Source: Selaginella moellendorffii
Lineage: Eukaryota; Plantae; Lycopodiophyta
Direction: 5' to 3'
Length of the DNA: 64,000 bases
NCBI RefSeq assembly: GCF_000143415.4
Contig: NW_003314297.1
Span: 186,001-250,000 of the forward strand
Shown: positions 36,195 through 48,800 of the stretch, one piece after another
Layout of the letters: each line of letters begins with the position of its first letter
How positions within the stretch are numbered: position 1 is the stretch's first letter
Notes under the pieces: generated by a model
The model's input: the letters and a program-made list of their open reading frames with translations, nothing else
What the model was told of the DNA's origin: nothing
Databases searched by the model: none
Translations under genes and position numbers: made by a program

Positions 36195-38540
36195 ATGCTT
36201 ATGTTTAGGGCGTTACGTCATAGGGTTGCTTTTGTCAAAGGTTACATTGAAAGGAAAGCAAGCAAGGAAGAGGGGGAGAACAAGAGTAAGTCTGTGGAAG
36301 GTTCCATTAGTGACAGGGCTCTTTCTTTTGCTTTGACTTATCAGAGTTTTTTTTCCGTAGTGAAAGGTGCTGGCTGCTTTCCCACGAAAGCAAAAGCAGC
36401 AAAGATCGACGAGGCAAAGGCCGAGGGAGCTGCATCCTCAAGTCACATATGGGGAAAAACTAATCCACTGAAGTTTCCTGCTTATTTGTACACAAAGGGT
36501 GTGTTCAAGGCGAACCACCCTTTGATTAAGGTGGGCAAGCGGTAAACAAAGTTGGCTGCTTCATAATACTTGTTGTAATGCTTGTAGATTGTCAGCGGAG
36601 AGGAACTAATGCCGGCATTTGACAAGTTTGCGCTGCCGCTGCTGGTGGATGCGCAAGTCAGACGAGCGGCTATTTTCCTGTGCTCTACAGAATTTACTCG
36701 ATTCTATAAGTATGTTCTTTTCCTATGTTTCTCGTGAGTGCAGTAACCATCTTTTTTGGTTTCTTACCCAGACTTTACGGAAAGGCATCCAATGAAAAAC
36801 AACTAACAGAGTTCCACCATTCTTTGGTCAGAGAACTGGAGAAGCTCACAATACCATCGGGCCAGACACTGAAGAAACTTGAGGGAGATCAATTGCTGTA
36901 CGAGAGCCTAACGGGGAAAAAGAGGAAGCGTACAGATCTGTCGGACATTGCAAGCTTTTCAGACCAGCTGGACATGTTGTTGCAGGTGGCTGAGGAAAGA
37001 ATTTCACAGGATTTGAGATTTTGACCTTGATCCTGAGCATGCTCCAGTAATAGGAGAAGATGGTGAAGAATCGACGGGCGCTGCGGACCTCAAAGTGTAC
37101 GTGCTGGTGAACAAGCTGCAAGAAGTAAGCCATCTGAATTGCATGTATAATCATTCTGACGTATGTTTTGTTTGACTCTAGCTTGTGAAGAAGTTAGTTG
37201 CGATTATAGAGTTCAAGTTCACAAACGAAAAACAGGCAGGCTTCCAGGGCACCTGCTATGCTTGCAAAGAAGCTCCCATCAACATGCACAACTCCCAGAC
37301 GAATCCCATTTACGTACTCTGTTTCTCCGAGCGTTGGAAACGTTCCATCCTACATTTGCGGGGAGAAGTTTCTGTAAAGAATGGCACACTCGATCGCAGT
37401 TCCCTTCCAGGTACTTACTATACTGAGAAAGTTGTTTCCTAGCAATGTGTTTGTACAGCTTTTAGGAAGACCGAGAAGATGATGGGTTTCAAGGACCCAA
37501 TTCCTGAAGAGGAGCTTGTGGAAATGTTGCAGGAACGCACTGCTTTCTTCCAGCGGAAATATTCTCAAGCCCCACAGTCGCTCTACCCTGACAATATGTA
37601 CCTTGTTGGGACGCTTTACACCTCCGACGAGGTAAGTATTTTTGAAGTGTTAAATGATTGATTTAACTTACGCCTTTGGCATTCTGAGGAAGTGGCATGA
37701 ACTTCCTCGGAATGAGTTGTTTGGTGGTGGCAGTCCAGACACACACCGTCTCTATGAGGGACTTTTACGTATCATCATTGGAGATGCGGTGCTCAAATGG
37801 AGTAAGGAAATGCTTAACAAAGTTGTAGAAGCAAGGGAGTCAATACGTATGGAGGAGCGAGTTCTGCACACAGGTACCATGCATAAGATTTTCAAAAAAT
37901 TTATTGCCTTTGAAATTTGTGGTTTTACTTTTTAGGATTTATGGACAGATGAGAACCAGAAACAACACAACTTGAGACTGTAAAATTGAGAGTCGCATAT
38001 GTATACATGTGGAGGACAGAGCTATACTAACATGTTTCCTTACAACTAACTATGATTGCAGAGACTGGTGGTGACAATAGGATGAAAGCTTGAATTGATT
38101 GCTTCAAGTGGTTGAAAATTGCTTCGGAATTTTGGTCGACCAAAAGATAATACCAACGATTCCCTGAGGTCATCACACAGCACCATCCGCTTGTCTTCTT
38201 CTACCAATCTGATCGGGCATGCCGGCTGTGACCTGCCTGTGACGCCAATTTCATTTGGAGAGCAAGATGTCTAGTCAACGAGGCAATTCCTTCATGGGGC
38301 CAAAGAATGAGCTTGTTTGTCGCAGTTCATTGAGCAGAGCATGAATTTATATTCCAGTACGTTGAAACAAAGTTTAAATCAATTTGAAGAAATGCAGATC
38401 CTTAGATCCTTTTAAATACTATTTTAGGTTTCTTGTGCAAGGAGCGCCATAGTAAGATTCATCGAAGACGTCCATAACGTTGAGTTGGTGCCAAAAGGCT
38501 TCTATGAGATCGCCAGCTCAAAAGCACAACAAACGTATAG
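36195..38540 (+). CDS. Multi-exon lineage-specific gene or pseudogene with a possible PD-(D/E)xK nuclease-like motif
   Basis: Chain of GT-AG-bounded exon-like segments (36361-36530, 36588-36709, 36772-36985, 37054-37123, 37182-37410, 37459-37631). Peptide [30 protein letters not shown]. Start, stop and integrity uncertain. Confidence 0.4.
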
Positions 38541-39565
38541 GTATAATCCTTTGATTTTTTTTATGAGAGCTAACCTCGGCATAAAAACACTAGTTAATTA
38601 GCATGAACACGTTCATGACACAAACCACTCACATGAGCCTTGTGCTAGTAAAAGCACACGTTTGCATGGCTTTGAATTTCCAGAGGTTGTATCTCCTTTC
38701 TGATGAAAAAATGAGTGTTCATACCTTGTGCTCGTGAGTTTGTATTTGGAAAGCTCTCTCCTATAAGCTCCTCCCCAGTTCTTGTTCGCCTAGGTTGGGA
38801 GAAGATGATCTCTCCTAGAGCGGCGCCATCCAGAGCATCGAGGTGTCGGACCTGAGGGAGGTGGTCATCTTCGGCTTCCGGAGCTTCCACTGTGCAGCAA
38901 AGCTCATGACTTTGATCGTTTCTTCCAGGTTTTTTGCTTGAGGAAAGTGTCGCTATGGCAATGCATGCCGGTTTATGCACGGGGTGGTCCTTCTTGCAAC
39001 TCGAAAGCTGGCGGTGGTGGTTTCAGAACTTGCGTCTCCACCGGAACTGCGGTGACTGGGAAAGATTTGGCGAGTGGCGATGGTGGTCTTGGAGGTGTGT
39101 CCACGCCAAGCGCAGCTATCGTGAAGGATCTGAGTGGCAGCGCGGGCAAAGCCTCGATACATTACGATTAATAATGTGATATCCCATTATCTGTTGAAGA
39201 ATATGTCGTTTGCCAATTAAGTTTCTTCGTGGAAGTTTAGAGCACGGCAATGCTGATCGTTCTTCCGGCTTCGCTATGACAATCAGGCCGGTTTAAATGG
39301 AGCTCCAAAGTTTTCCGCGAGGAATGCTTCGCAGTGATTTCTACAGCTCTAGAAACAGTGTTTTCTTCTTCTCTAATATACCTTGCTGTTGCCAGGCCTT
39401 GGAATAGTCCAGCTCTGGAAAAGTCCGTTGTCCATGTTGACGTGTAACTCTTAACCAAAGAATCGTTCAGGCAGAGGTAATTTGCAGTTCTCAAATCGTT
39501 TCAATCGTTTTATTGATTCACGTTCTCCACACACAGGTGGTAATAACAAATCCACAGACGGTAAC

Positions 39566-41374
39566 TCAAGATGGCCGATAAGTGATGAGATTGGGAACCT
39601 TAATGTAAAGGTAGTCGCGGTACAAGCCTTGGAGCTTCATGGTGATAAACGCCTTCCAGTTGACAGTAGCACCAAGCCACAGGCTTCGGGCATGGCATCC
39701 GGGCGGTAGCATGGCATCCACCTCGGCTCTCACAAACTCCCAACCTTTGGCGTTGTAGTGGACGCTCAGCGCCCGTGCGAGACGATGGAGATGGCACTGG
39801 ATGATCGTGTGAAAGGCCAGGTTGTGAACTTCGTCGATTGTCTCAGCAAGCTGAGAGCAGTTCTCCGCATCCCACACGTCGAGCTCGAGGCCAGTGGTCT
39901 CGAACAGAGTTTGTTGGTGGGCTTTGATACCGCCCAAGTCGCGGACCGTGAAACCCACGAGCTCCCACTCTCCAGCGACAGCTGCGGGACGGAACCGTGC
40001 CAGAACGTTTTGGAGATGGGCCTCGAAACTCACTCCGTGTTTCAGCAGCGGTGGAAGGAATGCCCGGAGGAAGAGCCGGGCGTAGTTCTGGAAGAAGAGC
40101 TCCTTCTTCTCGAGGGAGTCGAGGTGGAACAGGGTGTTGACGACGAAGTCATCGCTCCTCGAGGGATATCGCTCAGTGAGAGCGGCAGATAGCACGACTC
40201 TCTCGCTTCGGGCTCGGGTGGTGGCCAGGTGCTGGGGGTCCTGCCGGATCACGCAGCTCAGGTTTTTGGCGACGTCGGGATCCGGGTGATTGGAAACAAC
40301 GCTGGCGAGCTCGTGAGCAACCTCGAGCAGGTCCTTGTCCTCGATGATCTTGTCAGCAACGGGTTTGAAAGCTGGGCCGATGTGAGTCGTCCACGGTGTG
40401 ATAGTCCGGGTGGCCGAGCTGATCTTCACACCGATTGGGAGCTTGAGATTGAAGGCGGGGAGCTCGTCCACGACCACTGTTCTCACTGAGGCTTGAGCTC
40501 GGGCTTTGCAAGTGAAAGGAAGGTGGCGAGCGTGAGGAAAGTGGAGCAGCACGCTCGGGACTTGGACGTGGTGGACAGGCATGACGAGCTCGTCGCAGGA
40601 ATCCATGAAAACGTTGGCCCTGGCGGAGGAGATCTGGACGAGAGGCGCTACAAGCTTCTCAAAGTCGCCACGGACAGTGAGCTTGGATCGTGGAACCGCG
40701 AAGAAATGGATCTTGGGGGCCGATAGGTCGTTGTTCCAGGGATCGATGGGCAAAGTTGGAGGGACGTGAAACCTCGACTTGTGCATGGGATGCGTTGCGT
40801 GGCCTTCAACAATGAGCTGCTCCCATTGCATCGAATCGGTGGTGTGCTCGAGTTCTGGCGGAGCTCGTCCCTGGTGGTGGCTGTAAGCGGCCGCCTGGTG
40901 TGACACCGAGTTCTCCATCTCTTGAGTGATCTGCTCCAGCAGCGCAGCGCTCAAGGCCGGGTCCCATTCTTGGAGCTGCGTGGTGACGGTCCGGACGTCT
41001 GCGGGCACGTACTCGACAGGTCGATCGACTTGCAACTGCTGGACGGGGAAGCCAATCTCGTCCGGGTCGAGCAAAGTTACTGGAAGAATCTCCGCGGGCT
41101 CGCCGCCGAGCTGTGGAGGCTTTTGGACCGGGGGAAGCTCTCGAAGTGGCACGAGAAAGCTACCGTGCTTGAGTAGCTCGAACTCTTCGGAGGCGGCGGA
41201 GATGCACATCCAGTGCTTGCGGTGCTTGGGAGGGACGGGAGCCGCGAGCCTGGCGGGGAGAGATTCGGCGTGGAGCACCAGGTACGCTTTCACGAACTTC
41301 TCATTGACGAGGCAGGCGAGCAAGCGCGCTAGTACCGCGTTCTTGGCCTCTGTCTGGAACTTGCTAACTTCCAT
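39566..41374 (-). CDS. IucA/IucC-family NRPS-independent siderophore (NIS) synthetase
   Basis: 602-aa intronless ORF with WEQLIVEGHATHPMHKSR, MPVHHVQ, AQASVRTV, LKLPIGVKISSATRTI, GVSFEAHLQNVLARF and VRDLGGI, the NIS synthetase motifs in their expected order. Confidence 0.92.
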   Translation of the reverse strand: MEVSKFQTEAKNAVLARLLACLVNEKFVKAYLVLHAESLPARLAAPVPPKHRKHWMCISAASEEFELLKHGSFLVPLRELPPVQKPPQLGGEPAEILPVTLLDPDEIGFPVQQLQVDRPVEYVPADVRTVTTQLQEWDPALSAALLEQITQEMENSVSHQAAAYSHHQGRAPPELEHTTDSMQWEQLIVEGHATHPMHKSRFHVPPTLPIDPWNNDLSAPKIHFFAVPRSKLTVRGDFEKLVAPLVQISSARANVFMDSCDELVMPVHHVQVPSVLLHFPHARHLPFTCKARAQASVRTVVVDELPAFNLKLPIGVKISSATRTITPWTTHIGPAFKPVADKIIEDKDLLEVAHELASVVSNHPDPDVAKNLSCVIRQDPQHLATTRARSERVVLSAALTERYPSRSDDFVVNTLFHLDSLEKKELFFQNYARLFLRAFLPPLLKHGVSFEAHLQNVLARFRPAAVAGEWELVGFTVRDLGGIKAHQQTLFETTGLELDVWDAENCSQLAETIDEVHNLAFHTIIQCHLHRLARALSVHYNAKGWEFVRAEVDAMLPPGCHARSLWLGATVNWKAFITMKLQGLYRDYLYIKVPNLITYRPS

Positions 41375-42109
41375 GCTTCCTTGATTTTCTTTTTCTTTCA
41401 GGAATGCGAGCTTTCAAAGAAAGGAGCTACGCGTGTGCTCGTTCCTGGAAAGCAAGCAAGCAAAGGAAACTCGTTACTCAACTGAGAACTACACTCGTAG
41501 GACGTGGCGTTTTTTCGCCTGGTGCTAGAGGAATCGCGGAAAAGGACGCGAGGCCGAGAAGAGATATGGAGAGAGCACAAGTTTGTTTCGGCAATAAAGA
41601 GCGCCATCGCTTATGTACTGCGCGCATGATTGGAGGCGTGGAACGAGTCCATGCCAAGGATGTGGTGTGTGACGCATCGGGCACGAGTTCTCTCGAGCAG
41701 GACATACTTTGGGGAGGGAGAAGACATGATTTGCGATGAATCACAGAGTTATGGCGATGATCTTGTGGTCGCGCTAGAAGTTGTAAAGAGATACGAGAAG
41801 ATAGATTATGAGGTACAAGAGAAAGGGTCATTGATACGGTGCAATTGGACAAACATCCCTGAGAATGCGGGAGTTAGTAACTGGGGCAAGAGATGCGTAC
41901 ACCAGGCACGAGCTTGTCTCGAGCGGGGTGTACTCGGGGTAGTGGGTCGGTTCGTATTATATATATTTGGAGATATGCAGCGAAGATTGGATTTTCAGTA
42001 TATATTAGAATATGGCCTTTTTGTTTTTCTTGATTATAATTTCCAAACATTTGTTTTAAAACTCCAGAATTTTTGTGTAAATCAATTCGGCTTTCCAGAT
42101 TTTAATATG

Positions 42110-42260
42110 CTTGCAATATATAAAAAATATGTTAAATATTCTGGGATATTTTACCATTTAACAGTTATTTAAATTAATTTTGTGTTTATAATTTATAAAC
42201 TTTTCTAAACACTTTTTAGTGTATTCTAATTTAAACACTATTATAATTATAAACTTCCAT
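42110..42260 (+). repeat. Dispersed AT-rich repeat, copy 1
   Basis: ttaaatattctgggatattttaccatttaacag..tttataatttataaacttttctaaacactttttagtgtattc is the diverged reverse complement of ~54645-54760. A partial copy lies at ~47950-48050. Confidence 0.7.
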
Positions 42261-42557
42261 TTGATATTAAGTAAACCAAACATGATGTCAATAGATCTAT
42301 AAACTATGTATCTAATTCAGATTAGCATTGTTATTTTGATTTACTACAAATGCAAAGCTATAAACACTCATCCAGTAAAGGCAAATGCGATTTTCTTCTT
42401 GCCAATACACAAAACACAAGGATGCATTTCTTTTATTATGTGATCGCCACAGAGACCGGCAATCCCGTGCGTAAGAAAAAAAAATTGGCTCACCTGATCC
42501 CTGGGCCGCGTGGTCATATACTTTGGAGTTGGAGTGTTCCAAACAAGAGTTCTGTGG

Positions 42558-45500
42558 CTACGCTGCTGCCGTGACCTTGTGCTGCTCCTGGTGGTGCTCG
42601 GCCAGCATCCCCTTGAGGCTCTTGGTGAGCCAGATCGCCGTCTCCCTGGGCGACACCGCACCGCCACCAAAAGGCTTGAGGACGATGGCCAGCTCCTCCA
42701 GCCTGTGCTGCGCTAGCAGCTGGGCCGAAAGCTCCAGCAAGCCCTCCAGAGCATCCGCCCTTTGTCTGTAAGACTTCAAGTCCGTCCCATCCATCGCACC
42801 CCTGTCCTGCTGCTCGCTCCCGGACGCTACCTCTGTTGCTGTCACAGTAGCACTCAAACTCGAAGGACCACCACCACAACCGCCACCTTGGTGTTGACAT
42901 TGTTGCTGGCTTTGCTGCTGCTGCTGGGAGATTGGCAGCACCTCCACGTCGGGCTTGAGATCGAGCAGCGACGCGATGTCCATGTCCCGCGGAAGTTCGC
43001 TGTGCGTCGGGTGGTGTTGCTGCGGCTCGGCCTTGTCACCGCCACCGCCGAGCCTAAACGTGCTGTGCCGGATGACATGAACCACGTCGTTGAAGACCGG
43101 GCCCGAGCTGCCTGGCATCTGGACTTTCTCGTTGCTTATCTGGATGGCTATCTTGTCCTTGGATCCACCACCGCTCCCGTGATAGCGATCGCCACTTGTG
43201 TGGAAGTCGCCAGACTTTGCGTGGCTGCTGCGAGGCTCTGGCAGCCTGCTCTTGGAGAAGTACCTGTCCGCGTACTTTGCAAAGTCGTGGGCCTCGCACA
43301 GCGACTCGTCAGGCGTCAAGTTGAACTGCGGGATCTTGTCCAGCCTGGGAGCGTTCACTGAGACGTCAGGTGATCGGAGGTCCTTCAATCCGGCCAGGTG
43401 CGCCGACTTCTTGTTGGACGGCCGGACCAGAGGCCGCAGCAGCGATAGCACGTCGTCTTTAAACTCCTGGTCCCGTCCGAGAGACTTGACTGGGCTCGGA
43501 TGTATCCGCGACTGTAGAGATGACTTCACCGTGGTGCGAACGAAGGCTGGATCCTCTGGCCGAGAAATTCGTCCAGCCGGGTTAGTTGTTGGTGTGTAAG
43601 GCTTTGGTGTCTCGTGTACCGCCGGCACGGCATTCCGGGAAGTATACTTGCCACCACCAGCTGCGGGCATCGAGGACCTTCGTGCAGTTGAAAGTGGTGT
43701 TGTGGGGACGGTCGGCTTAGACTTAGCTCCAGTTGATCGTTCCACCACAAGCGGAGACACCAGCTCTGCTTTGATTTTATTTCTTGAAGGAGGCTCCCCA
43801 CCCTGCAGACGCTTGAAAAGTTTAGAACCATTCAGAATTGTAAGCACGAACACTTACAGAATACTTCTTTCGTGGAGGAGCTTCCCTTGCTAACGGCGTC
43901 CGAGGACTTGGGACTACCGACTTTACACGGCTAGTTCGAACCGGCGAGCTTTTGATTGGATACTTGTCTTGTTCAGCACCAGAATCCACTTGCGTTTCAC
44001 TTCCGTCCGTCAAGTTTTCTTCGAAGTGCCTTTTAGCTAGTCGATGCTTCAGCCACTCAAAATTCGTTAGACCTGCGTTTCTTCCCAGTGTCTTTGATAG
44101 AGACTCTGATGACGTCTCGGAATTCTCCTTCTCACTGGTATCGACATTCCAAATGTGACTTGCAGTTCTGCTAGTGGGAGCAGCTGATTGCACGTCGTCG
44201 TGCTCAAATCGTTTATTGTCGACATCGCCACTAGAGTCCGTGGCGTTCATTGAATAGCTGCTATCGCCACTAAGGTCCAGGCTGTGCGCCATGAGAAGAG
44301 CTCCACCAACTTGCCTTCTACGCTGGAGTAGATATGGTTGCAAATGCGGGTGTCTCAGTAGTTCTGCGGCCTACAAAATGTTTCAACCAGGTCAGGTTAG
44401 CGACAAAGGTACAAGTCAAACAGATTACCGTCGGACGATGCTCCGGATTTTTTCGAAGCATACTCCGTATCAAGGATTTACTAGAGAACACAGTGCAGTC
44501 GAAGCAAAAAGTTAGCAAACGAGCAGAACAGGAGAAGACACTCAATGCTGCACTCACAATGAGCTAGAGTAGCACGTTGGCAGTGGGCCGATCGAAGACT
44601 TGTTGATTTTATTGATCAGTCCTTGGATATCCTGGTCAGACAAAACATGAAAAACGGTTTCTGCAGAGCAGGAAGTAAAAAACTCACGAAGGCTTTAAAT
44701 GCTGGCCTATGTGCGCTCATCTCATACATGCAACATCCTGCACACATAACGCTTAAAATTAGAACCAGCTCAGAACCATTATTTACTTCTACCTAGAGAC
44801 CAGATATCTGACTTGAAACCATATGGGATATCAGCTAAAAGCTCAGGACACATGTAGTTCGGTGTCCCTACGACCTGTATAACAGCTTTAAGCAGAAGAA
44901 ATACGACCGCAGGATGGTATTTACCGAGCACGCAAGGTCATCCGACTTGAGCATTTTGGCGAGTCCAAAGTCACCTACCAAGTTTTCCACATTGTAGTGA
45001 GAAACACAACGAATGTTCCAATCACTTGGCGTACCTAATCGAATGTCATGATCCTTCGTTAAAAATATGTTGGAGCACTGAAATGGAGAACAGCTGTTGA
45101 GCATATCACGGGAGCACTGACAAACACGTCTACCTTAACATCCCGATGGAGAATGTGGTTTGCATGTAGGTACTCAACGCCCAAGAGGAGTTGGACGAAC
45201 CATCTGCAAAGCCTCTGTGGCAAACAGCAGAAACATTAAAACCAAAAGAAACAATGAAAACAATCCACTGACCTCCTCCGGGAAGTAAGTTCCGTTAGCT
45301 TTACGGATGATGTCCGCCCTGCGAAACATACAAGAGGCGAATCATAAGAACTCGAAGTGTTTGTTATGAACAAAACAAATGCGTACATGTCCCCTCCCTC
45401 ACAGTATCCTGTGACGATGCATACATAGCATCCCTGCAGACTTGTATAAGAACAAAACTACGCATAAAACAAGAATACCAAACCTTCTCCACCCACGCTT

Positions 45501-45857
45501 CCTTGTATTCGACAATGTGAGGGTGCTTCACCCGAGAAACAAGAGCCATCTAGAAACCAAAAACACGTTATGCGAAATTCTCCTCAAATTGCTCGAAGTA
45601 CCTCTTGGTGAGCAGAACGCCTGCATCTATCACTCTGGCGAGCAAGTCTTATTTTCTTCAAGACATACCTGCGACAAGCGGAAACGAAAAAAAGAAAAAA
45701 GCAAAAAAAAAAAACATGAGAAGGAACAAGGAACATCAAAACACAATGCGCCTTACTTCTTCTTCTCAAGTTTGTGATTGACGAGAATGGCTGAGCCAAA
45801 CGCGCCCTTCCCAACTTGCCCAATGATCTCATACTGCTCCATTCTCGACGAGTCCAT
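42558..45857 (-). CDS. NEK6: NIMA-related Ser/Thr kinase (plant NEK6-like)
   Basis: [26 protein letters not shown]; [22 protein letters not shown]; [17 protein letters not shown]; [24 protein letters not shown]; plant NEK C-terminal motif [34 protein letters not shown]. Confidence 0.93.
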
Positions 45858-48800
45858 TGAGGAAACGCGTCGTTCCTGCGCCCCTTCTCACATATGGACG
45901 ATGGACCGTGAGGCAATTTCCTAGCTTTGCTTTCCTAGCTGCAACTGGCACAGCAGACATATCCACGCAATCAGATTCTGACGGTGAGGAATCGTACTGG
46001 GAAAAACGGAAAAGAAAAATGTACCTTGTGGAAGCAGCAGTGATGAGAAGAATTCATCCACCCAGTAACGGTGTGTCGCCCTTCAATCAATCACAATGTA
46101 GCTTCGGCACCGACGAGTTAAAGGCAAGGAAAAGGGATGGGGCAGAAACATATGGTCCGATCGCCTGCGCCCAACACAAGCAACGCAAGGGAGCAATCTT
46201 TTATGCTCTACCAGTAAAGAATTTAAATATGGGGAGAAAATTTCTCACCTGGATTTGTGTCACTGACCGAGGAGATCGAGAAAACACCGCAGTAGAAGCA
46301 TTTAAAATCTCCTCTCGTCAAAGAAAAGATGCCGCTGCCAGAAAGGACGAGGAGAAAAACTTTTGGCCCCCTGCGACTACTGTAATATTTCGGCAATGCC
46401 GCCGCAAAAGCACCTCACCAGCCGCTAGAATCGAGATTTCCCGGAAGAAAACTACGCAATCAGCACTAAGAACAGTGGATTCCCCGGCCAAGAACACGGA
46501 TTAAACCCGAAGATCGGACGCGGCCGTCGCGGCGCCAGGCGTGCCACGACGCGGATGGAGCTCGCGCCTACGATCGATCGATGACTCACCCGCGACTACT
46601 CTCGCTAAAACCCTGTTCTTCCCTCTCTTCTTTCACGATTAACCCCAATGTCCGGTCGAGGGGGTTTAAATTAAAGGTAAATTTCAAAAAGCGTACGTTT
46701 ACCCTTTACCGGTACCGGCGACGTGAAATTTGAACCAAGTGTGAAAATGAGATTTGGCGCAAAATTGGGCAAGGGAGCATGACCCATGATAAGACATGAC
46801 AGTTGAGCTGTATGTGGGCCATGAGAAAACAAAGCAAAGAACCAACTTAAATGAGTCATGGGTCATGCAGCGTGGTGGCGTCGTCGGTTCGATCCTTTTG
46901 ACTTGCTCTACGTCAGTTCTTAATTGTTGAAAGCTCTTGTATAAACTAATTGTATTTGTATTGGTTTGCTGAGACGAGCCAGAAGTTGTCGAGTGGACAA
47001 GTTAGCAGCTGGGAGAAAAAAAATTCCTTGGAGAGAAAGGGAGCATCAATCTATAAAGAAAAACTTAGCAAACACTGAAAAACAAAGTGGCAATAAACAT
47101 ATCCAGTCAGTTGCACACTTTGGTTTCGTGAGTTGGTGCTCTATGAAGCTCCACATATGAGATAAGGACCTGAGGCCGGGTTGAAAGAAATGATTCTGGA
47201 AGCCAGTGAATGCAATCTCTTAAGCACCCACTAAGAAAGAAATAAGATATGCTTGCAATCGTGGTAAGAAAAGTTTGGAGTAAAATCAAACAAGAAAAGT
47301 TCTACCTAAAAAGATACATTTGTTGTTTATCACCTATAGGTAAAGAATATACCTAGAATATTTAAGTCACTTTACAGGAGTAAGATTGGAATAATCATCT
47401 TCCCTAAGAGGTTACTGGCAAATCATGTTAATCTTCTAAAGAATTTCTATTAATTGTTGTGCTTTTAAATTCAAATTCTAAATGAATGCTAAATCAAGCT
47501 TTTTCCAATGCTACACACAGAAAAAAAGAACTATGCTCAAAACCTAATCTAGAAAGACATTCATCAAGAGTGTGTAAAAACCAGTTGCAACAAATTATGA
47601 TTTTAATTATATATCCCACCATCCAAATACATGCTCACCACAAAAACACATTAACCAACTTTTGGAGTGTTCCACATTCTTTATAAGATGGCTGAGTGTC
47701 TTATGGCTTGAATATGCTTCTAGCAATAAGATTCTTTGCTAAAAGAAATTCCATAATCTTTAACTTTTGATTGATAGAGATTCTTGCTAAAAGATTTAGT
47801 GAATGGTAAGCTTACAGTTAGAAGCCTCTAGTGGAATTAAAAGGTTAGGAAGATCCATATCCATGTTAAGGGTTTCAACTTTAATTTAATTGATATAACT
47901 AGTCTTTTTTAAAATATTATTTTGTAAAGCTAAAAAAATTCTTTTTGGTTATAAACATTCTTAAACACCTTTAGGTAAATTCTAGCATATTTTATTATCT
48001 AAAGTAGAATGCATTTAGATTAATCTTTTGTTTTTAAATTATACATATCTTAGCAGCAAAGCCTCACTCCTAGTTTCATCCAGCTTGACACCTCCACTGT
48101 CACAAAATGGCCCCTAAGTTTTTGAAAGTCATGACAAAGTTATAGATATCATAAAATTTATCACCACCATCACAACATCACTTATAAATCCTTATAGAAT
48201 TCTATGCCTCATTTTCAAGTGTGGTTAGAGCTGTTTAAACGTTTTGGCTATCCCAAAATCCATGATCTTGAGCAAGAGGTTGAGAAGAGCCAATAGTATT
48301 AGGATGATACTTAGCTTTATTGAGTGAGTGCAAGCACTTCAAGCCTTGAGAGATCTAAAGTTATATTGACATAAACTAAGGCTAAGAAAGGTCACACAAA
48401 GCTTTCTTCTTGTACTTGAGATTGCTAGATTAATACTTGAGGCTATTGTCTCTTGACATGAGGATGTTGGAGCTATGTGTAGAGCTATTCATTTTATAAG
48501 AGCTTAAAGCATATCTCTATTTGAAGGCTTCAACTTCCTGGATGTATCCCCTACATCTCAAAAGTCAAGTACTTCATCTTTTAATTGAATGAAAGTGTTG
48601 GGAATGTGATTTTGGGTATTGGAAGTTATCTACTAGTCAGTCCTTACGAACACTCTTTTGCTTACTATCATGACGGCAGGAGGTTGGTATTGCTTATTCT
48701 TTTTATTAACCCCTCTTGTTAAAATGTTAGTAAACTAGGTTTAGCACTTATATTTAGCCAGATAAATATAAGGTAGGAACTTCTATGTATTTCTAGCTAA

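Noticed and set aside
38929-38983. CCCH zinc-finger-like peptide FFA*GKCRYGNACRFMH
   Set aside because: Contains a stop and has no supporting gene context; at most a small relic.
41404-42172. ORFs upstream of the NIS synthetase as possible pathway partners
   Set aside because: No transporter, decarboxylase, monooxygenase or acyltransferase motif; the longer ORF runs into an AT-rich repeat.
45857-46504. 215-aa plus-strand ORF
   Set aside because: Antisense to the likely intron-containing NEK 5' leader; non-ATG start and no motif.
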